From: Candidatus Doudnabacteria bacterium
GTDB lineage: Bacteria > Patescibacteriota > Doudnabacteria > UBA920 > O2-02-FULL-48-8
Direction: 5' to 3'
Length of the DNA stretch: 64,000 nucleotides
Assembly: GCA_016186915.1 (NCBI GenBank)
Contig: JACPKU010000006.1
Location: 173,739-237,738, forward strand
Shown here one piece after another: positions 38,568 to 49,432 of this stretch. Each line of letters starts with the position of its first letter. Positions within the stretch are counted from its first letter, which is position 1. The translations under genes and the position numbers were made by a program. The notes beneath the pieces were generated by a model. It was not told the DNA's origin and made no database searches. It was given only the letters and a program-made list of their open reading frames with translations.

Positions 38568-40187
38568 TTATTCCCTCGTATACCAAGCACTATTAATATT
38601 ACGAGAAAATTTGATGAGCATTGATTTAAGAAGGTTAACCAGACCATGCGTTTCCGCCAGCCCGCTAAACCAGGTTATTCCCAAATAAATCACAAGACCG
38701 ACGAGTGACGCTCCAGCGGCTTGGGTAAACACCCCGACATAGGTCTGCATGTTAACCAGCGGAGCAATCAAATACAAAGATACATAAGCGCCAGCAGCAG
38801 ACAGAGCCGATCCAATCACAATCTTTAAACTATTGATGATCAAGTATTCGTCATGGATGTGACCGATTTTTTTATGCAACTCCATAACTAGCATAACTAA
38901 GTGAATAATACTGGTCAGGGAAAACGCGATCGCCATGCCAGGAATGCCGAATCTTCTGACAAAGAAATAAGTGGCGAAAACATTTACTACGATAACAATA
39001 AGACCAATGATTACCGGGATAGCGGTATTGTGCCGGGCATAAAACGCTCGAGTGAACAAAGGGGCCAGCGCCTGGGCAAACAGGGAGACCACAAATAATC
39101 CGAGTGTTAAAGACACCACGCGCGTATCCGCAAAAGTAAAGCTGGTATTTTCTCCAATTCCCAACACCAACCTGACTATCTGGGCACGCAGAATAAGCAT
39201 CAATACGGACAGCGGAATGATAAAATATAAAATCTGAATCGTGGTTCTGGCGAGAACATCCTTAAATTTTTGATCGTCGCGCTGGTTGAAGTATTCCGAC
39301 AAGGTTGGAAAAACCGCAATGGCGGCCGAGATGGCAAAAATGCTTAAAAACACCGCCTGCAAATTGTTAGCGTAATAAAAGACCGACAACGAGCCGGTGC
39401 CTAAGAACGATCCAAAAATCGTGGCCACCAAAAGGGTCACCTGGCTGGTGCCCATGGAAAAAATCCTTGGCCAATACAATTTCCAAAATTGGATGAATCC
39501 GGAGTCACGCAGCGCCAGCACCAAGGAATAACGGAAGCCCATAAAAAACACTTGCGGTAGTTGAATGAGAAAATGCAGGAGAGCTCCGATAACCACGCCG
39601 ATGGGCAAACCTATTGGTCCCATGATCGGATACAACACCAGCACGCCAAATATAATGGACAAGTTATAAACCAAAGGCGCCGCGGCAACCACTGCAAATT
39701 TTTTATAGGTATGGAGAATGCTGGAAGTGATCGAGGAAAGGGACAGAAACAGAGGAGAAAAAAGCAAAATCTTGGTAAAACTTCTGGTCAGTTCATAAGC
39801 TTCACCAGTAAATCCCGGGGCAATAACCCTAACCAGCGGATCGATAAATAAAAGCGCGAACAAGGATATGCCAATCACTCCAAAAATCGTGCTGTTCGCA
39901 ATACCTGACGCGATCCGAAAAGCCCGGTCTCGATCTTTAAACAAGTAGTCGGAAAATACCGGAATAAATGCCACTGACACGGTGCCCAAAAAAAGCAGAT
40001 TAAAAATAAAGTCCGGAATCCGGAAAGCCGCGAAATAGGCGTCGATCAAAACACTGGTCCCGAACCGGTTGGAAAACACCGCGTCCCGAATAAGCCCCGA
40101 GAATTTGGCCAAGAGCGAAAAAACCGCGATGATCACGGTTGCTTTGGTAAGCGAATCAGATTTAGTATTCAACAACCTGGCAATCAT
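38568..40187 (-). CDS. murJ: Lipid II flippase MurJ (MviN)
   Basis: It is a 539 aa protein with 14 transmembrane segments. Its N-terminus reads ...ATVIIAVFSLLAKFSGLIRDAVFSNRFGTS. Confidence 0.8.
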   Translation of the reverse strand: MIARLLNTKSDSLTKATVIIAVFSLLAKFSGLIRDAVFSNRFGTSVLIDAYFAAFRIPDFIFNLLFLGTVSVAFIPVFSDYLFKDRDRAFRIASGIANSTIFGVIGISLFALLFIDPLVRVIAPGFTGEAYELTRSFTKILLFSPLFLSLSSITSSILHTYKKFAVVAAAPLVYNLSIIFGVLVLYPIMGPIGLPIGVVIGALLHFLIQLPQVFFMGFRYSLVLALRDSGFIQFWKLYWPRIFSMGTSQVTLLVATIFGSFLGTGSLSVFYYANNLQAVFLSIFAISAAIAVFPTLSEYFNQRDDQKFKDVLARTTIQILYFIIPLSVLMLILRAQIVRLVLGIGENTSFTFADTRVVSLTLGLFVVSLFAQALAPLFTRAFYARHNTAIPVIIGLIVIVVNVFATYFFVRRFGIPGMAIAFSLTSIIHLVMLVMELHKKIGHIHDEYLIINSLKIVIGSALSAAGAYVSLYLIAPLVNMQTYVGVFTQAAGASLVGLVIYLGITWFSGLAETHGLVNLLKSMLIKFSRNINSAWYTRE

Positions 40188-42278
40188 TTAATTGTCCTGA
40201 GAAAGCAATATGGCCCAGTACCCATCCTTATCGCTTTGATAACTAAAATTGGCTTGCTGGCCTTGGGGTGCAACATTGGTCGTAGACCAGATTGTCTTCA
40301 ATCCTTCAAATACCAGCGTGTGATCAAATGGCCAGCCTCGACTACCCAGCTGTTTTTGAAAAAGCATGCTGTAAACCGCCGTCCTATCCAACAATTTTGG
40401 ATTGACTTTAAACGGCAAACTATAAGTTAGCTCCACTTGAGAAATTTCTTTTGAGTCCGTATTCACCCACCCCGCGAATTCAGTTTTTCCCGCTTCTTCT
40501 CTGACAAACACTCGATCAAACTTCAGTTCCCCGATATCCCACGCAGCCAAGTCTGGGTCGGTTTTTAATCCTCTGAAAACCGAAGCCAGGTGAGGATCAG
40601 AATCCAAGCCGGTTGCTGAGATCAGCTCACTGCCTTTGGGCACCAAGACGCGCAAATAATCTCGATTCGGCTCGTTCGCAGCGTTCTCGCGCTTAATCCG
40701 TAAATTGTTGATTACCGTGCCATCAGTCAAAATCTGCGACTTAAGCGTCAATTTTTGAACAATTTCCAAATCGGTTTTAGTCCCTCCCTGGTTGCTGTTG
40801 ACCACTAAGAGATAATCGCCGTCAGTGGGCAAGACCTGTCCGCCGAAGCCCAAAGATTCAATCTGGGTTTGCGTGTCAGACTGCTTGCTGAACAGCAAGA
40901 GGTGTTTTTCCAGCAGGTTGGTTTGCAAGATTTGGAAGAAAGAAAACCATTGCTCTTTTTTTAAATTATTCAGCCGATTAAGCAAGATCAAGGCAAAGTC
41001 AGCCAGAAACTTTTTTGGCTGGTTTTGCTCCAGGTCATAATCCACTGAAGTTTTGTATTGAACAACCTCCTGAAAATTGCTTGCGGTCAAAATCACGCCG
41101 TATTGATCCATATGAATTGGGCCGACAATTTCCAAAAGCCCTTCAAATATTTTCGGCGTAAAGGCAACCACGCCGTCCGCGGTTTCTTTGCCCTTTTCAA
41201 AAAATTCTAAAAGCTTCGCGCTCGACTGACGAAAATCCACAAACCAGTTGGCGTCTCGCAGTCCCCATTTTTTAATTTCCGGTTGAAACGGCCCCGGTGC
41301 TGCGACATCCTCATAAAAACTGCCGTCGAAATCATATATACTCTGGATATCCAACTTCTCAATCAATCCTTGATTGATCTTTACCACCCCATAGGTGCCG
41401 ATAAATCCACCGGTTGCCCTGGCCTCATCATAATTTTGAAAAATTAAAAGATAGGTTTTTGGCGACCCGTCAAAAAACGTCAAATACAGATCCTCCAAAT
41501 TGATTAATCCTTCCAAGACACCGCTTAATTCTTGGACTTGCCTTTTGGCTTCGTCTAGGGTCGAGATATAGTCCGCTGGCAAGTTACTGACTTTGTCAAA
41601 GTGTTCCGAGGATTCATTGAGCAAAGCAAGACTTTCCTTCAACAGCAGCCGGTTTTGCCTTAATTTTTTGTTGAAGTCTTGAGTCTCAATCCCCTGGTCG
41701 GAAACCGTAACCATATCGAACAGCTGCAACGATTCCGTAAGTTTAGAGCCGGCTTGCGATAAAAGATACGCGCCAGAAAGAATGTTATCCGCGCCCTTGG
41801 CTTGCGAGTTGACCAAGGTTAGCGCTTTATACTGAGCAAGCTTATCCTGAGCAATTTCCAGATTATTCTGCGCCGAGCTGAACAGCTGCAGTGCTGATTC
41901 AAAATTTTGATCGCTTAAACTTGCCTGGGCGCCGGACAAATCGGTATAAGCGCTGGTGGCCGCGCCCAAGATTTCACCCGAAGCGTCTTTCACCGAAGCA
42001 AGATAAGCCAGTCCTTGCAGGCTCAAAGCCAGAACCAAAACCGCCGCGGCAAACGCAGCAACCTTCGAAGGCCGCCACTGATAAGTATATACACGCTTGG
42101 TTTTTTTTATTGCCTTGGCCGGCTGAAATAAACTCTTATCAATCGAGACGATTCGATCATAACTGCGCCTGACTATAAAACCAATATCAAATTTAGACGG
42201 TTTGTAATACCTCAAACCGGTCTGGATGCGGATTATCTTCCTGTTCACCTCTTTTGGTTTTTTCTTAAGCTTTTTCAT
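40188..42278 (-). CDS. Large membrane-anchored extracytoplasmic protein, DUF4012-like
   Basis: It has an N-terminal transmembrane segment and the block YLLIFQNYDEARATGGFIGTYGVV, which resembles the DUF4012 signature. It is 696 aa and lies next to murJ. Confidence 0.35.
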   Translation of the reverse strand: MKKLKKKPKEVNRKIIRIQTGLRYYKPSKFDIGFIVRRSYDRIVSIDKSLFQPAKAIKKTKRVYTYQWRPSKVAAFAAAVLVLALSLQGLAYLASVKDASGEILGAATSAYTDLSGAQASLSDQNFESALQLFSSAQNNLEIAQDKLAQYKALTLVNSQAKGADNILSGAYLLSQAGSKLTESLQLFDMVTVSDQGIETQDFNKKLRQNRLLLKESLALLNESSEHFDKVSNLPADYISTLDEAKRQVQELSGVLEGLINLEDLYLTFFDGSPKTYLLIFQNYDEARATGGFIGTYGVVKINQGLIEKLDIQSIYDFDGSFYEDVAAPGPFQPEIKKWGLRDANWFVDFRQSSAKLLEFFEKGKETADGVVAFTPKIFEGLLEIVGPIHMDQYGVILTASNFQEVVQYKTSVDYDLEQNQPKKFLADFALILLNRLNNLKKEQWFSFFQILQTNLLEKHLLLFSKQSDTQTQIESLGFGGQVLPTDGDYLLVVNSNQGGTKTDLEIVQKLTLKSQILTDGTVINNLRIKRENAANEPNRDYLRVLVPKGSELISATGLDSDPHLASVFRGLKTDPDLAAWDIGELKFDRVFVREEAGKTEFAGWVNTDSKEISQVELTYSLPFKVNPKLLDRTAVYSMLFQKQLGSRGWPFDHTLVFEGLKTIWSTTNVAPQGQQANFSYQSDKDGYWAILLSQDN

Positions 42279-42299
42279 ATAGTGGCTGGTCTTATAATA

Positions 42300-43406
42300 C
42301 TACTCGGAAAAACGAGAAATGTTAAGCAGCACCCCAATGCTGGCAAGGCTGATAGCCAAAGCAGAAGAGCCGTATGAGATAAACGGCAGCGGAATGCCGG
42401 CCAGGGGGATGATGGCCGTGATGCCGCCGATATTCATCAAAGATTGAAATACCAGCCAGGAAGTAATTCCAGCGGCCACCAATTTTCCAAACACATCCGG
42501 GGCGTTCTTTGCGATCTTATAACCGCGGAAAGCAAAGAACAATAAAATCAAAAGCAGAATTGTCATTCTCACAAACCCTAATTCTTCGGACATAATAGCG
42601 AAAATCGAATCACCGATGGTCTCCGGCAAATAGTTGAATTTTTGACGGGATTGGCCGAACCCCGTTCCCCACAAGCCGCCGGAACCAATGGCCAACAGAG
42701 CCTGGTTGATTTGATAAGAGATTCCCTGCTGGTCCACTTGCGGATTAAAATATGCCACGATCCGCTCCAGCCGATAGGGAGCGGCCTTGATCAAAAGCCA
42801 CAGCACGAGCAGTGACGCCAGGGCGGTTGAAAATAAATGTTTTATTTTCGCGCCGCCGACAAAAAACATGGTGGCGGCAATCAGAGCCAATCCTACCATC
42901 GTGCCCAAATCCGGCTCGAGGATAATCAAGCCGGAAATTATGCCGACGATAAATAATGTGGGCAGGAATCCATAATACAAATCATTAGCATTAAGCTTCC
43001 GCTTGTCATACCAACTGGCCAAATAAAAAATTATGGCCAATTTCACGAACTCGGCCGGCTGAAATAAGAAATAGCCAAAATCTATCCAACGCCTCGCCCC
43101 TCCCACCGCGAAGCCAATTCCCGGAATCAGCACCAAAACCAGGAGCACCATCCCGATCAGCACCAAAAGCGGGGCAAATTTCTGCCAGACGTGATAATTA
43201 ATCCTGGAAAAAAAATATAGCAGAATAAGTCCTGGAATAGCCCCAAAGGTAATTTGGCGCAGGACATAAAAATGATTGTTGCCGAAGCGCTCAAAGGACA
43301 AAACCGAGGATGCGGAAGAGAGCGCCAGCAATCCAAAAGCAAGGAGCGTCAAAACTAACCCCAACAAAACGTAATCCATTTTTGGCAGATCAAGCTTTTT
43401 GGGCAT
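42300..43406 (-). CDS. ftsW: SEDS-family peptidoglycan polymerase (FtsW/RodA)
   Basis: The sequence RWIDFGYFLFQPAEFVKL and the transmembrane topology fit the family. Confidence 0.8.
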   Translation of the reverse strand: MPKKLDLPKMDYVLLGLVLTLLAFGLLALSSASSVLSFERFGNNHFYVLRQITFGAIPGLILLYFFSRINYHVWQKFAPLLVLIGMVLLVLVLIPGIGFAVGGARRWIDFGYFLFQPAEFVKLAIIFYLASWYDKRKLNANDLYYGFLPTLFIVGIISGLIILEPDLGTMVGLALIAATMFFVGGAKIKHLFSTALASLLVLWLLIKAAPYRLERIVAYFNPQVDQQGISYQINQALLAIGSGGLWGTGFGQSRQKFNYLPETIGDSIFAIMSEELGFVRMTILLLILLFFAFRGYKIAKNAPDVFGKLVAAGITSWLVFQSLMNIGGITAIIPLAGIPLPFISYGSSALAISLASIGVLLNISRFSE

Positions 43407-44658
43407 ATTTTTTTACTGCTTTAGTGAACTTTTCAGACCGGTCTTTTTCATTTTTAAACATATCAAAACTGGCAGTCCCCGGAGAGAACACGGTTGTGTC
43501 CCCTTTTTTAGACAAGCTGAAAGCCTGCTCAACTATTTTATCCATGCTTTGGGCCCCGCTTTTGACCTTACCTTTAAATCCTGCGAGTTGCTTCAAAATT
43601 TTAGGCGTTTCTTCACCGACCACGACCGCGCCTTTTATATTTTTGGACTGCTTAATCAGCGCGCCAAGATTTTCAAAGTCGAATCCCTTATTCGAGCCTC
43701 CGATAATTATAATCAGCGGGGCAGTGAAAGATTTAATGGCGGCCATGGTCGCTTCCGGATTAGTGCTGAATCCATCATTAATCACCCTAATTCCTTTTTT
43801 TATCCCCAGATCCTGCAAGCGGAAGGGCAATCCTCGAAATTCTTTTACCCCCAGTTTGATCACATCATCCTCAATTTTTAACAGCCTTGCCACTTCTACC
43901 GCTGCTGCGATGTTGGCCAAATTATGCCTGCCCAAAAGCTGGGTTTCAAAACCGTTTACACTGTCTGTCTTGGCCAGAATTTTTTTGGCATTGCCTAGTG
44001 TCTGATAACTCTGGGGCACTTCTTCTCCTAACACCGCATAGTCTTGCGCGGACTGATGAATAAGAATTTGTGCCTTGGCATCCCGATACTCTGAAACAGA
44101 ATAATGCGCGGCATAAATTTTCGTCTTGGTTTCATCAATGTGGTCACGCCCGACATTTAGCACCACCGCGATATGCGGGCTCTTGTGAAGGTCCTGAAGC
44201 TGAAAACTGGAGAGTTCCAGCACTACCAGGTGATCGGGTTTTATGCGCTCAATGAATTCAAACGGATCTTGGCCGATGTTTCCGGCAAGCCAAACTTTCA
44301 TTTTCCTGGATCTCTGCAGGATTTGATAAATCAAACTGCTGGTCGTGCCCTTGCCTTTGGTGCCGGTTACGCCAATAATTGGACAGGGACAAAGATCAAA
44401 AAACAATTTGGTTTGACTGCTGACTGTAACCCCGGCTTTTGTCGCTTTTTGGATGGGAGCCGAGAGATAAGGCAGGCCCGGGGTTCGAAAAATCACGTCA
44501 AAGCCGCGGAGCCTGTCCCAAAGTTCATCCAGCGAGGTCCAGTTTTCTATCACTTCAAAAAAAATCCCCTGGTTTTTCAAATAAGCCGCGAGGTGCTGAT
44601 TATTTACTCCCAGTCCAGCAATTATAATTTTCTGATCCTTTAACGCATCTATGGTCAT
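43390..44658 (-). CDS. murD: UDP-N-acetylmuramoylalanine--D-glutamate ligase
   Basis: It has an N-terminal Rossmann fold (KIIIAGLGVNN) and a P-loop (GVTGTKGKGTTSS). Confidence 0.8.
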   Translation of the reverse strand: MTIDALKDQKIIIAGLGVNNQHLAAYLKNQGIFFEVIENWTSLDELWDRLRGFDVIFRTPGLPYLSAPIQKATKAGVTVSSQTKLFFDLCPCPIIGVTGTKGKGTTSSLIYQILQRSRKMKVWLAGNIGQDPFEFIERIKPDHLVVLELSSFQLQDLHKSPHIAVVLNVGRDHIDETKTKIYAAHYSVSEYRDAKAQILIHQSAQDYAVLGEEVPQSYQTLGNAKKILAKTDSVNGFETQLLGRHNLANIAAAVEVARLLKIEDDVIKLGVKEFRGLPFRLQDLGIKKGIRVINDGFSTNPEATMAAIKSFTAPLIIIIGGSNKGFDFENLGALIKQSKNIKGAVVVGEETPKILKQLAGFKGKVKSGAQSMDKIVEQAFSLSKKGDTTVFSPGTASFDMFKNEKDRSEKFTKAVKKYAQKA

Positions 44659-46217
44659 CTCGAAATTACTTTTCCGCTTAAAGTCAAAACTTCTTTATCT
44701 TGAAGCGATATTTTGCCGTTGACAATCACGGTCTCAATTCCATCGGATAACTGGTGAGGATGTTCATAGTTCGCGCGGTCGGTCACGACTTTCGGATCAA
44801 AAATCACCAGATCGGCTTTTAATCCTTTGGCAATCATGCCGCGGTCTGTCAGACCCAAAATTCTTGCCGGCTCCGCGGTAATCTTTTTGATCGCATATTC
44901 CCAGGGCAAAATTTTCTTCTCTCCAACCAGTCGCAAAAATCTTGGCATCGTGCCGAAGCATCGAGGATGCACCAGATTTTCAAACTGGCTTATAGAATAT
45001 CCGGCGCCGTCTGTGGCAATCAGAGACAAAGGAGAGCTCATAAACATTTCCACCTGCTCCTGACTAAGATTATGATCAAACACTATCGCCTGCCCCGAGT
45101 TGGCTGTGATGACATTCAGTATAGCTTCTTCATTCGAAGTGCCTTGATTCTCGGCTACTTTCGTAATACTCTTGCCCACGAACCCGAGATTGCTTTCAGA
45201 GTTGGCAACGATAATTTTGTCATACTCGTATTCTTGATCTTTCAAATAATCAATGATTTTTCGTCGCTCAATGCCTGATTTAATTCTTCTTAGAGTCTGA
45301 TTCCTGCCGCCTTCATAAGCCCATTTGGGTAAATAAGTATAAAGTACTGACCAAGAGGAGTCATAAGGGTACACATCAAAGCTTATGTCTAGTCCCTGAT
45401 GATAGGCATTTTCCAGCTTGTTGATTATCTCATCAAACAAATGCCAGTTAATCCGCCCGCGAAGTTTGAGATGGGAAATTTTTAAGCCGACCTCGGCCTT
45501 GCGCGCCAAAGCGAGTGCTTCGTCCAGCGCATCCAGAATTTTGCCGGTTTCAGAGCGCAAATGCACGCTTAAATATTTTTTTGGGGTTTTCAGGGTCTTG
45601 GCTAAGGCCACCAGCTCATCAAAACTTGAATCAACTTCGTGGGCGTAAATTAACCCCAAAGACAGTCCCAGAGCGCCTTGCCTTAAGGCTTCGGACAACA
45701 GTTGATTCATAACTTTCTCTTCTTCAGAAGACACCGCTCGCACCTGATCGCCGATTAACCCTCTGCGTAAGTTGGCGTGCCCTACTAAACTTCCCACGTT
45801 GACACCAAGCTTGATGTTTTTCAGACTAGTCAAGAATTCTTCGAACGAAGCCCAATTGATGTTTAAGCCGGCAAGATTGTGCCACTTCTGAATTGTCTTA
45901 ATTGAATCAGCGGTGGGCAGAGGGGCCAAGGACGAGCCGCAATTTCCAATGATGATAGACGTAATGCCTTGAGACAAAAGGCTCAATTGCTCCGGCTGAT
46001 CAAACAAGGTCCAATAGGAATCCGAATGATTCTGGATATCAATAAAACCCGGGGAGACATATTTGTCCTGCGCGTCCAAAACCCGCGTTCCTTTGCCAGG
46101 GTCGAGTCTACTTTCTATGGCCTCTATTTTCCCATCTTTAAGGCCGAGGTCTTTTTTGACCATCGGCTTTCCTGACCCGTCTAAAACAAAAGCATTTTTT
46201 ATTAATACATCAAACAT
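44655..46217 (-). CDS. Amidohydrolase of the D-aminoacylase (N-acyl-D-amino-acid deacylase) family
   Basis: It has PGFIDIQNHSD and further amidohydrolase metal-binding blocks. It is 520 aa. Confidence 0.6.
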   Translation of the reverse strand: MFDVLIKNAFVLDGSGKPMVKKDLGLKDGKIEAIESRLDPGKGTRVLDAQDKYVSPGFIDIQNHSDSYWTLFDQPEQLSLLSQGITSIIIGNCGSSLAPLPTADSIKTIQKWHNLAGLNINWASFEEFLTSLKNIKLGVNVGSLVGHANLRRGLIGDQVRAVSSEEEKVMNQLLSEALRQGALGLSLGLIYAHEVDSSFDELVALAKTLKTPKKYLSVHLRSETGKILDALDEALALARKAEVGLKISHLKLRGRINWHLFDEIINKLENAYHQGLDISFDVYPYDSSWSVLYTYLPKWAYEGGRNQTLRRIKSGIERRKIIDYLKDQEYEYDKIIVANSESNLGFVGKSITKVAENQGTSNEEAILNVITANSGQAIVFDHNLSQEQVEMFMSSPLSLIATDGAGYSISQFENLVHPRCFGTMPRFLRLVGEKKILPWEYAIKKITAEPARILGLTDRGMIAKGLKADLVIFDPKVVTDRANYEHPHQLSDGIETVIVNGKISLQDKEVLTLSGKVISR

Positions 46218-46234
46218 AAAAAGTTAAACTCCAA

Positions 46235-46335
46235 ATTACAAGCATCAAATAACAAATAAATTACAAATGCCGATCACTAAATCAGAGTTTGGAATTTGAT
46301 ATTTGTAGCTTATTTGTATTTTGTTATTTGTCATT
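46235..46335. repeat. Intergenic inverted repeat (about 35 bp AT-rich arms, ATCAAATAACAAATAAATTACAAAT and its complement) upstream of mraY
   Basis: It is directly visible and could form a long hairpin. Confidence 0.4.
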
Positions 46336-46344
46336 TGATATTTT

Positions 46345-47388
46345 TTATCGTCCGATAAGATTTATGGCCACGCCGATAGCCGCAAACACGGCTGCCACCA
46401 CCCAAAACCTCATCGTGACTTTTGTTTCCGGCCAGCCTAAAGCTTCGAAATGATGATGGAGGGGGCTTGTTAAAAAAAGTTTTTTGCCGAATAATTTGCG
46501 GCTGACTGTTTGCAAAATCACAGAGCCCGATTCCAGTACCAGGACAAATCCGATAATTGGCAAAACAACTACCGAGTTGGTCAAAAACGCAATCACGGCC
46601 AGCACGGTCCCTAAGGACATCGAACCCGTATCGCCCAAAAAAAAGCGCGCGGGATATATATTGAACCACAAAAAAGCCAACAAAGCTCCGGCTAACACGC
46701 CGCTCAACACAGCCAGTTCGGCCCGGCCCTGTAGAAAAGCTATCAAACCATAGGCAAAAAACGCTACGGCCAATACACCGCCGGCCAAACCATCTAACCC
46801 ATCAGTTTCGTTGACTGAAAAACTCGTGGCCACAACCACGAAAATAAACAGTGGCACGTACCACCAACCAATAGGAAAAACTCCAAAGCCGGGAACGCGC
46901 AGAATGTCAAATTCCAACTTGTAATAAAACCAGTAAGCCCCCACCACCGCAACCAAAGTATAAAGTAAAAGGCGGTGTCTAATTCGGAGCCCCCCGCCGC
47001 CAGAAACCAGTCCGCGAACATCCACGTAGTCGTCAATCAGCCCAAGTACCGCGGTTGCCGCTAACACACCAAGCGGCAGGAGAGTTTGGGCGCGCGTCAA
47101 AAAATTCAGGTTATGAAATAATTCTATATTTAAAACTCTATCCAAAAACCAAAACAGCGAAGCCAGAAAAATTGCGGTAAACCAAACCAAAATCCCGCCC
47201 ATGGTCGGCGTCCCTCGTTTTTTTTTATGGAGCTCGCTGTACACCGGCGTTGTACCGTCGTCACGGATCTTCTTTGTCACTTTGTATTTATAAAGAAAAT
47301 GGGTCAAGATGGGCGTTAAAATAATGGCCACAACAAAAGAAATTGCGGCCAAACTAAAAATTTTGATAAGCACTGCCGAATCAGGCAT
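46345..47388 (-). CDS. mraY: Phospho-N-acetylmuramoyl-pentapeptide transferase
   Basis: Blocks typical of MraY (GLIDDYV, GDTGSMSLG). Confidence 0.85.
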   Translation of the reverse strand: MPDSAVLIKIFSLAAISFVVAIILTPILTHFLYKYKVTKKIRDDGTTPVYSELHKKKRGTPTMGGILVWFTAIFLASLFWFLDRVLNIELFHNLNFLTRAQTLLPLGVLAATAVLGLIDDYVDVRGLVSGGGGLRIRHRLLLYTLVAVVGAYWFYYKLEFDILRVPGFGVFPIGWWYVPLFIFVVVATSFSVNETDGLDGLAGGVLAVAFFAYGLIAFLQGRAELAVLSGVLAGALLAFLWFNIYPARFFLGDTGSMSLGTVLAVIAFLTNSVVVLPIIGFVLVLESGSVILQTVSRKLFGKKLFLTSPLHHHFEALGWPETKVTMRFWVVAAVFAAIGVAINLIGR

Positions 47389-47453
47389 TTTATTGTCCTT
47401 GTATACTAATTAAGTCACTAAATTATACCATATTTCTCGTGTTTAACCAATCA

Positions 47454-48443
47454 TCACCACCGATAAGAACCAAACACCCAGGCCAGCAGTTTTCTTGTGT
47501 CTTCTTCCCTGTCATCGCTTCCTAAAATAATCGTGACAACATCGGCCTCCCCTTGTTTTTTGCGAATAACTAAATTTCCTTTGGCTTCATCAGTGTAGCC
47601 AGTCTTGATTCCCATAATGCTTGCATCTTCGATTAATAATTCATTGGTTGAAGTAAGCACGTGCCTAAACTTATCATCCACTGATGCGACTTCCAGCTGT
47701 CTGAGTTGCACTACTCTCGCTAACTCCGGTTTGCTTACAAACTCACCCACGATTCTTCCTAAATCAAAAGTGGTGGAGTAATTATCAGCACTGTCCAGTC
47801 CCACTGGATTTGAAAAATGGGAGGAACTCAACCCTAAAGCTGTAATTTTTTGATTCATTAAAACCACAAACTCTTCAGCCGAACCAGCCACCTGTCTGGA
47901 CAAGGCCATCGCTGCGTCATTGCTGGAAGAAATAAGCATGCCATGTAAAAGATCAATCACTTTTATTCTCTCGCCGGGAACCAAGCCCATGTTTGAGCCA
48001 ACAACCAAAGTGTCTGCCCGCTCCACTACCACCTCGTCATTAAACGAAAGCTTGTCCACCACCACCAAAGCAGTAACCAACTTGGTCAAACTGGCAACCG
48101 GCAGTTCCTGATCAAAATTTTTGGTGTATAAAATAGCGCCCGAATTCAGATCAAAGGACAAGGCCGCTCTGGCCGATAACTGGGGGGTCTCCAAATTGCC
48201 AGCCAACTCGGGCGCGGGCTTGATGAATAAATCAATTTGTTCTAGTTCGGTGTTTTCTACTTTGGTTCCCAGCACCTGCGGGGTGCCAGAAACATTTTTT
48301 TCTTTTGTTGCTTGCGGGACCAGAACCAGGATTAAAACCAACCCTGTGGCTCCCAGAATAATTTTGTTTAACATTATTATTAGGATACTAAAATATAACT
48401 CCTTTGACAATTTTGGCAAATCCGGATTATAATACGTGAGCAA
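47454..48443 (-). CDS. D-alanyl-D-alanine carboxypeptidase (S11, PBP5/6-like)
   Basis: It has SxxK (ASLTKLVT), SxN (SSSNDAA) and KTG motifs. Confidence 0.75.
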   Translation of the reverse strand: MLTYYNPDLPKLSKELYFSILIIMLNKIILGATGLVLILVLVPQATKEKNVSGTPQVLGTKVENTELEQIDLFIKPAPELAGNLETPQLSARAALSFDLNSGAILYTKNFDQELPVASLTKLVTALVVVDKLSFNDEVVVERADTLVVGSNMGLVPGERIKVIDLLHGMLISSSNDAAMALSRQVAGSAEEFVVLMNQKITALGLSSSHFSNPVGLDSADNYSTTFDLGRIVGEFVSKPELARVVQLRQLEVASVDDKFRHVLTSTNELLIEDASIMGIKTGYTDEAKGNLVIRKKQGEADVVTIILGSDDREEDTRKLLAWVFGSYRW

Positions 48444-48467
48444 TTAAGCGGCAGAGAGGAAATAAAA

Positions 48468-48785
48468 ATGGAAGTAACTTTGACCGATCAAAACTTTGAT
48501 CAGGAGGTGATTCATTCAGATAAGCCGGTGTTGGTTGATTTTTGGGCAGAATGGTGCGGACCGTGCAAAATGGTCTCGCCAGTGGTCACTCAAATCGCTG
48601 AGGAAATGAAAGACAAACTCAAAGTGGGCAAACTGAACGTGGACGAACACTCGCGAACTGCTCAAAAATACAATGTCTCCAGCATCCCGACGCTAAAAAT
48701 CTTTAAGAACGGCAAGATTATCAATGAAATCATTGGCGCCGCCCCCAAAGGCGCAATTGAACAAAAAATCAAAGCTTCAATATAA
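48468..48785 (+). CDS. trxA: Thioredoxin
   Basis: It has the motif WAEWCGPCK and is 105 aa. Confidence 0.9.
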   Translation: MEVTLTDQNFDQEVIHSDKPVLVDFWAEWCGPCKMVSPVVTQIAEEMKDKLKVGKLNVDEHSRTAQKYNVSSIPTLKIFKNGKIINEIIGAAPKGAIEQKIKASI

Positions 48786-48790
48786 TCACA

Positions 48791-48845
48791 AAGGTCACCT
48801 TTGCAGTATGCAAAGGTGACCTTTGTATTCTTGTATTTTGTAGCG
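48791..48845. terminator. Bidirectional terminator: a 17 bp perfect stem (CAAAGGTCACCTTTGCA-GTA-TGCAAAGGTGACCTTTG) plus a T-rich tail, shared by the convergent trxA and the DUF458 gene
   Basis: Directly visible. Confidence 0.7.
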
Positions 48846-48848
48846 GTG

Positions 48849-49373
48849 CTAGGTATGCCTATCAGCCACAGATGACGCGCCATAGGAATCCGGCTTGGTT
48901 TTAACCACAAACCCGTTGCCTCGCACCATCCCTACAATCTCCTGCAGCATTTGTTTGGTCTGACCATTGGGCCCAATGTCCACGTGGATAGTTAAACTAA
49001 ACTCTGTAATATCTCGCAATTTTAGCTCAGTAATCAACTGTTCAGCCAACTTGATCGAGTGTAATGCCTCCTGATAGATTCTTTGCCTAAGCGTGTAGAC
49101 TTTGGTCTCGTGCTGCTTGGTCCAAAAATAAATGCCGCCGCATTTTTTGCGGTGGACCACGATGGCAGACACAAACTCGGCACTGCTGCCGTTTTCAGGC
49201 ATGGAGTCTGTGCCCACAATTAATTCATACTCAAATCCCGGTTCATTGCCCAGATATTCCAAAAGCTTGTCCAAAACCGCGGTAAAATTCAAAGGCCCGT
49301 GTGTGGGACTTACAAATTTATTAAAAAACAGAAGCTTATCCCCCTGTTGTTGTTCAACTTCTTGCCTTAGCAT
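48849..49373 (-). CDS. DUF458 / YkuK-like RNase H-fold protein
   Basis: The sequence LIVGTDSMPE...AEFVSAIVVHRKKCGGIYF identifies the family. Confidence 0.5.
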   Translation of the reverse strand: MLRQEVEQQQGDKLLFFNKFVSPTHGPLNFTAVLDKLLEYLGNEPGFEYELIVGTDSMPENGSSAEFVSAIVVHRKKCGGIYFWTKQHETKVYTLRQRIYQEALHSIKLAEQLITELKLRDITEFSLTIHVDIGPNGQTKQMLQEIVGMVRGNGFVVKTKPDSYGASSVADRHT

Positions 49374-49399
49374 GGCTTAATATTAATACTTCTCTCAAA

Positions 49400-49432
49400 T
49401 TTTGGCAAAAAAAAATCCCGTAAAACCGTGTC
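49400..49432 (-). terminator. Intrinsic terminator after the dksA/traR-like gene
   Basis: The minus strand reads AUCCCGUAAGACACGGUUUUACGGGAU followed by UUUUUUUUU. Confidence 0.6.
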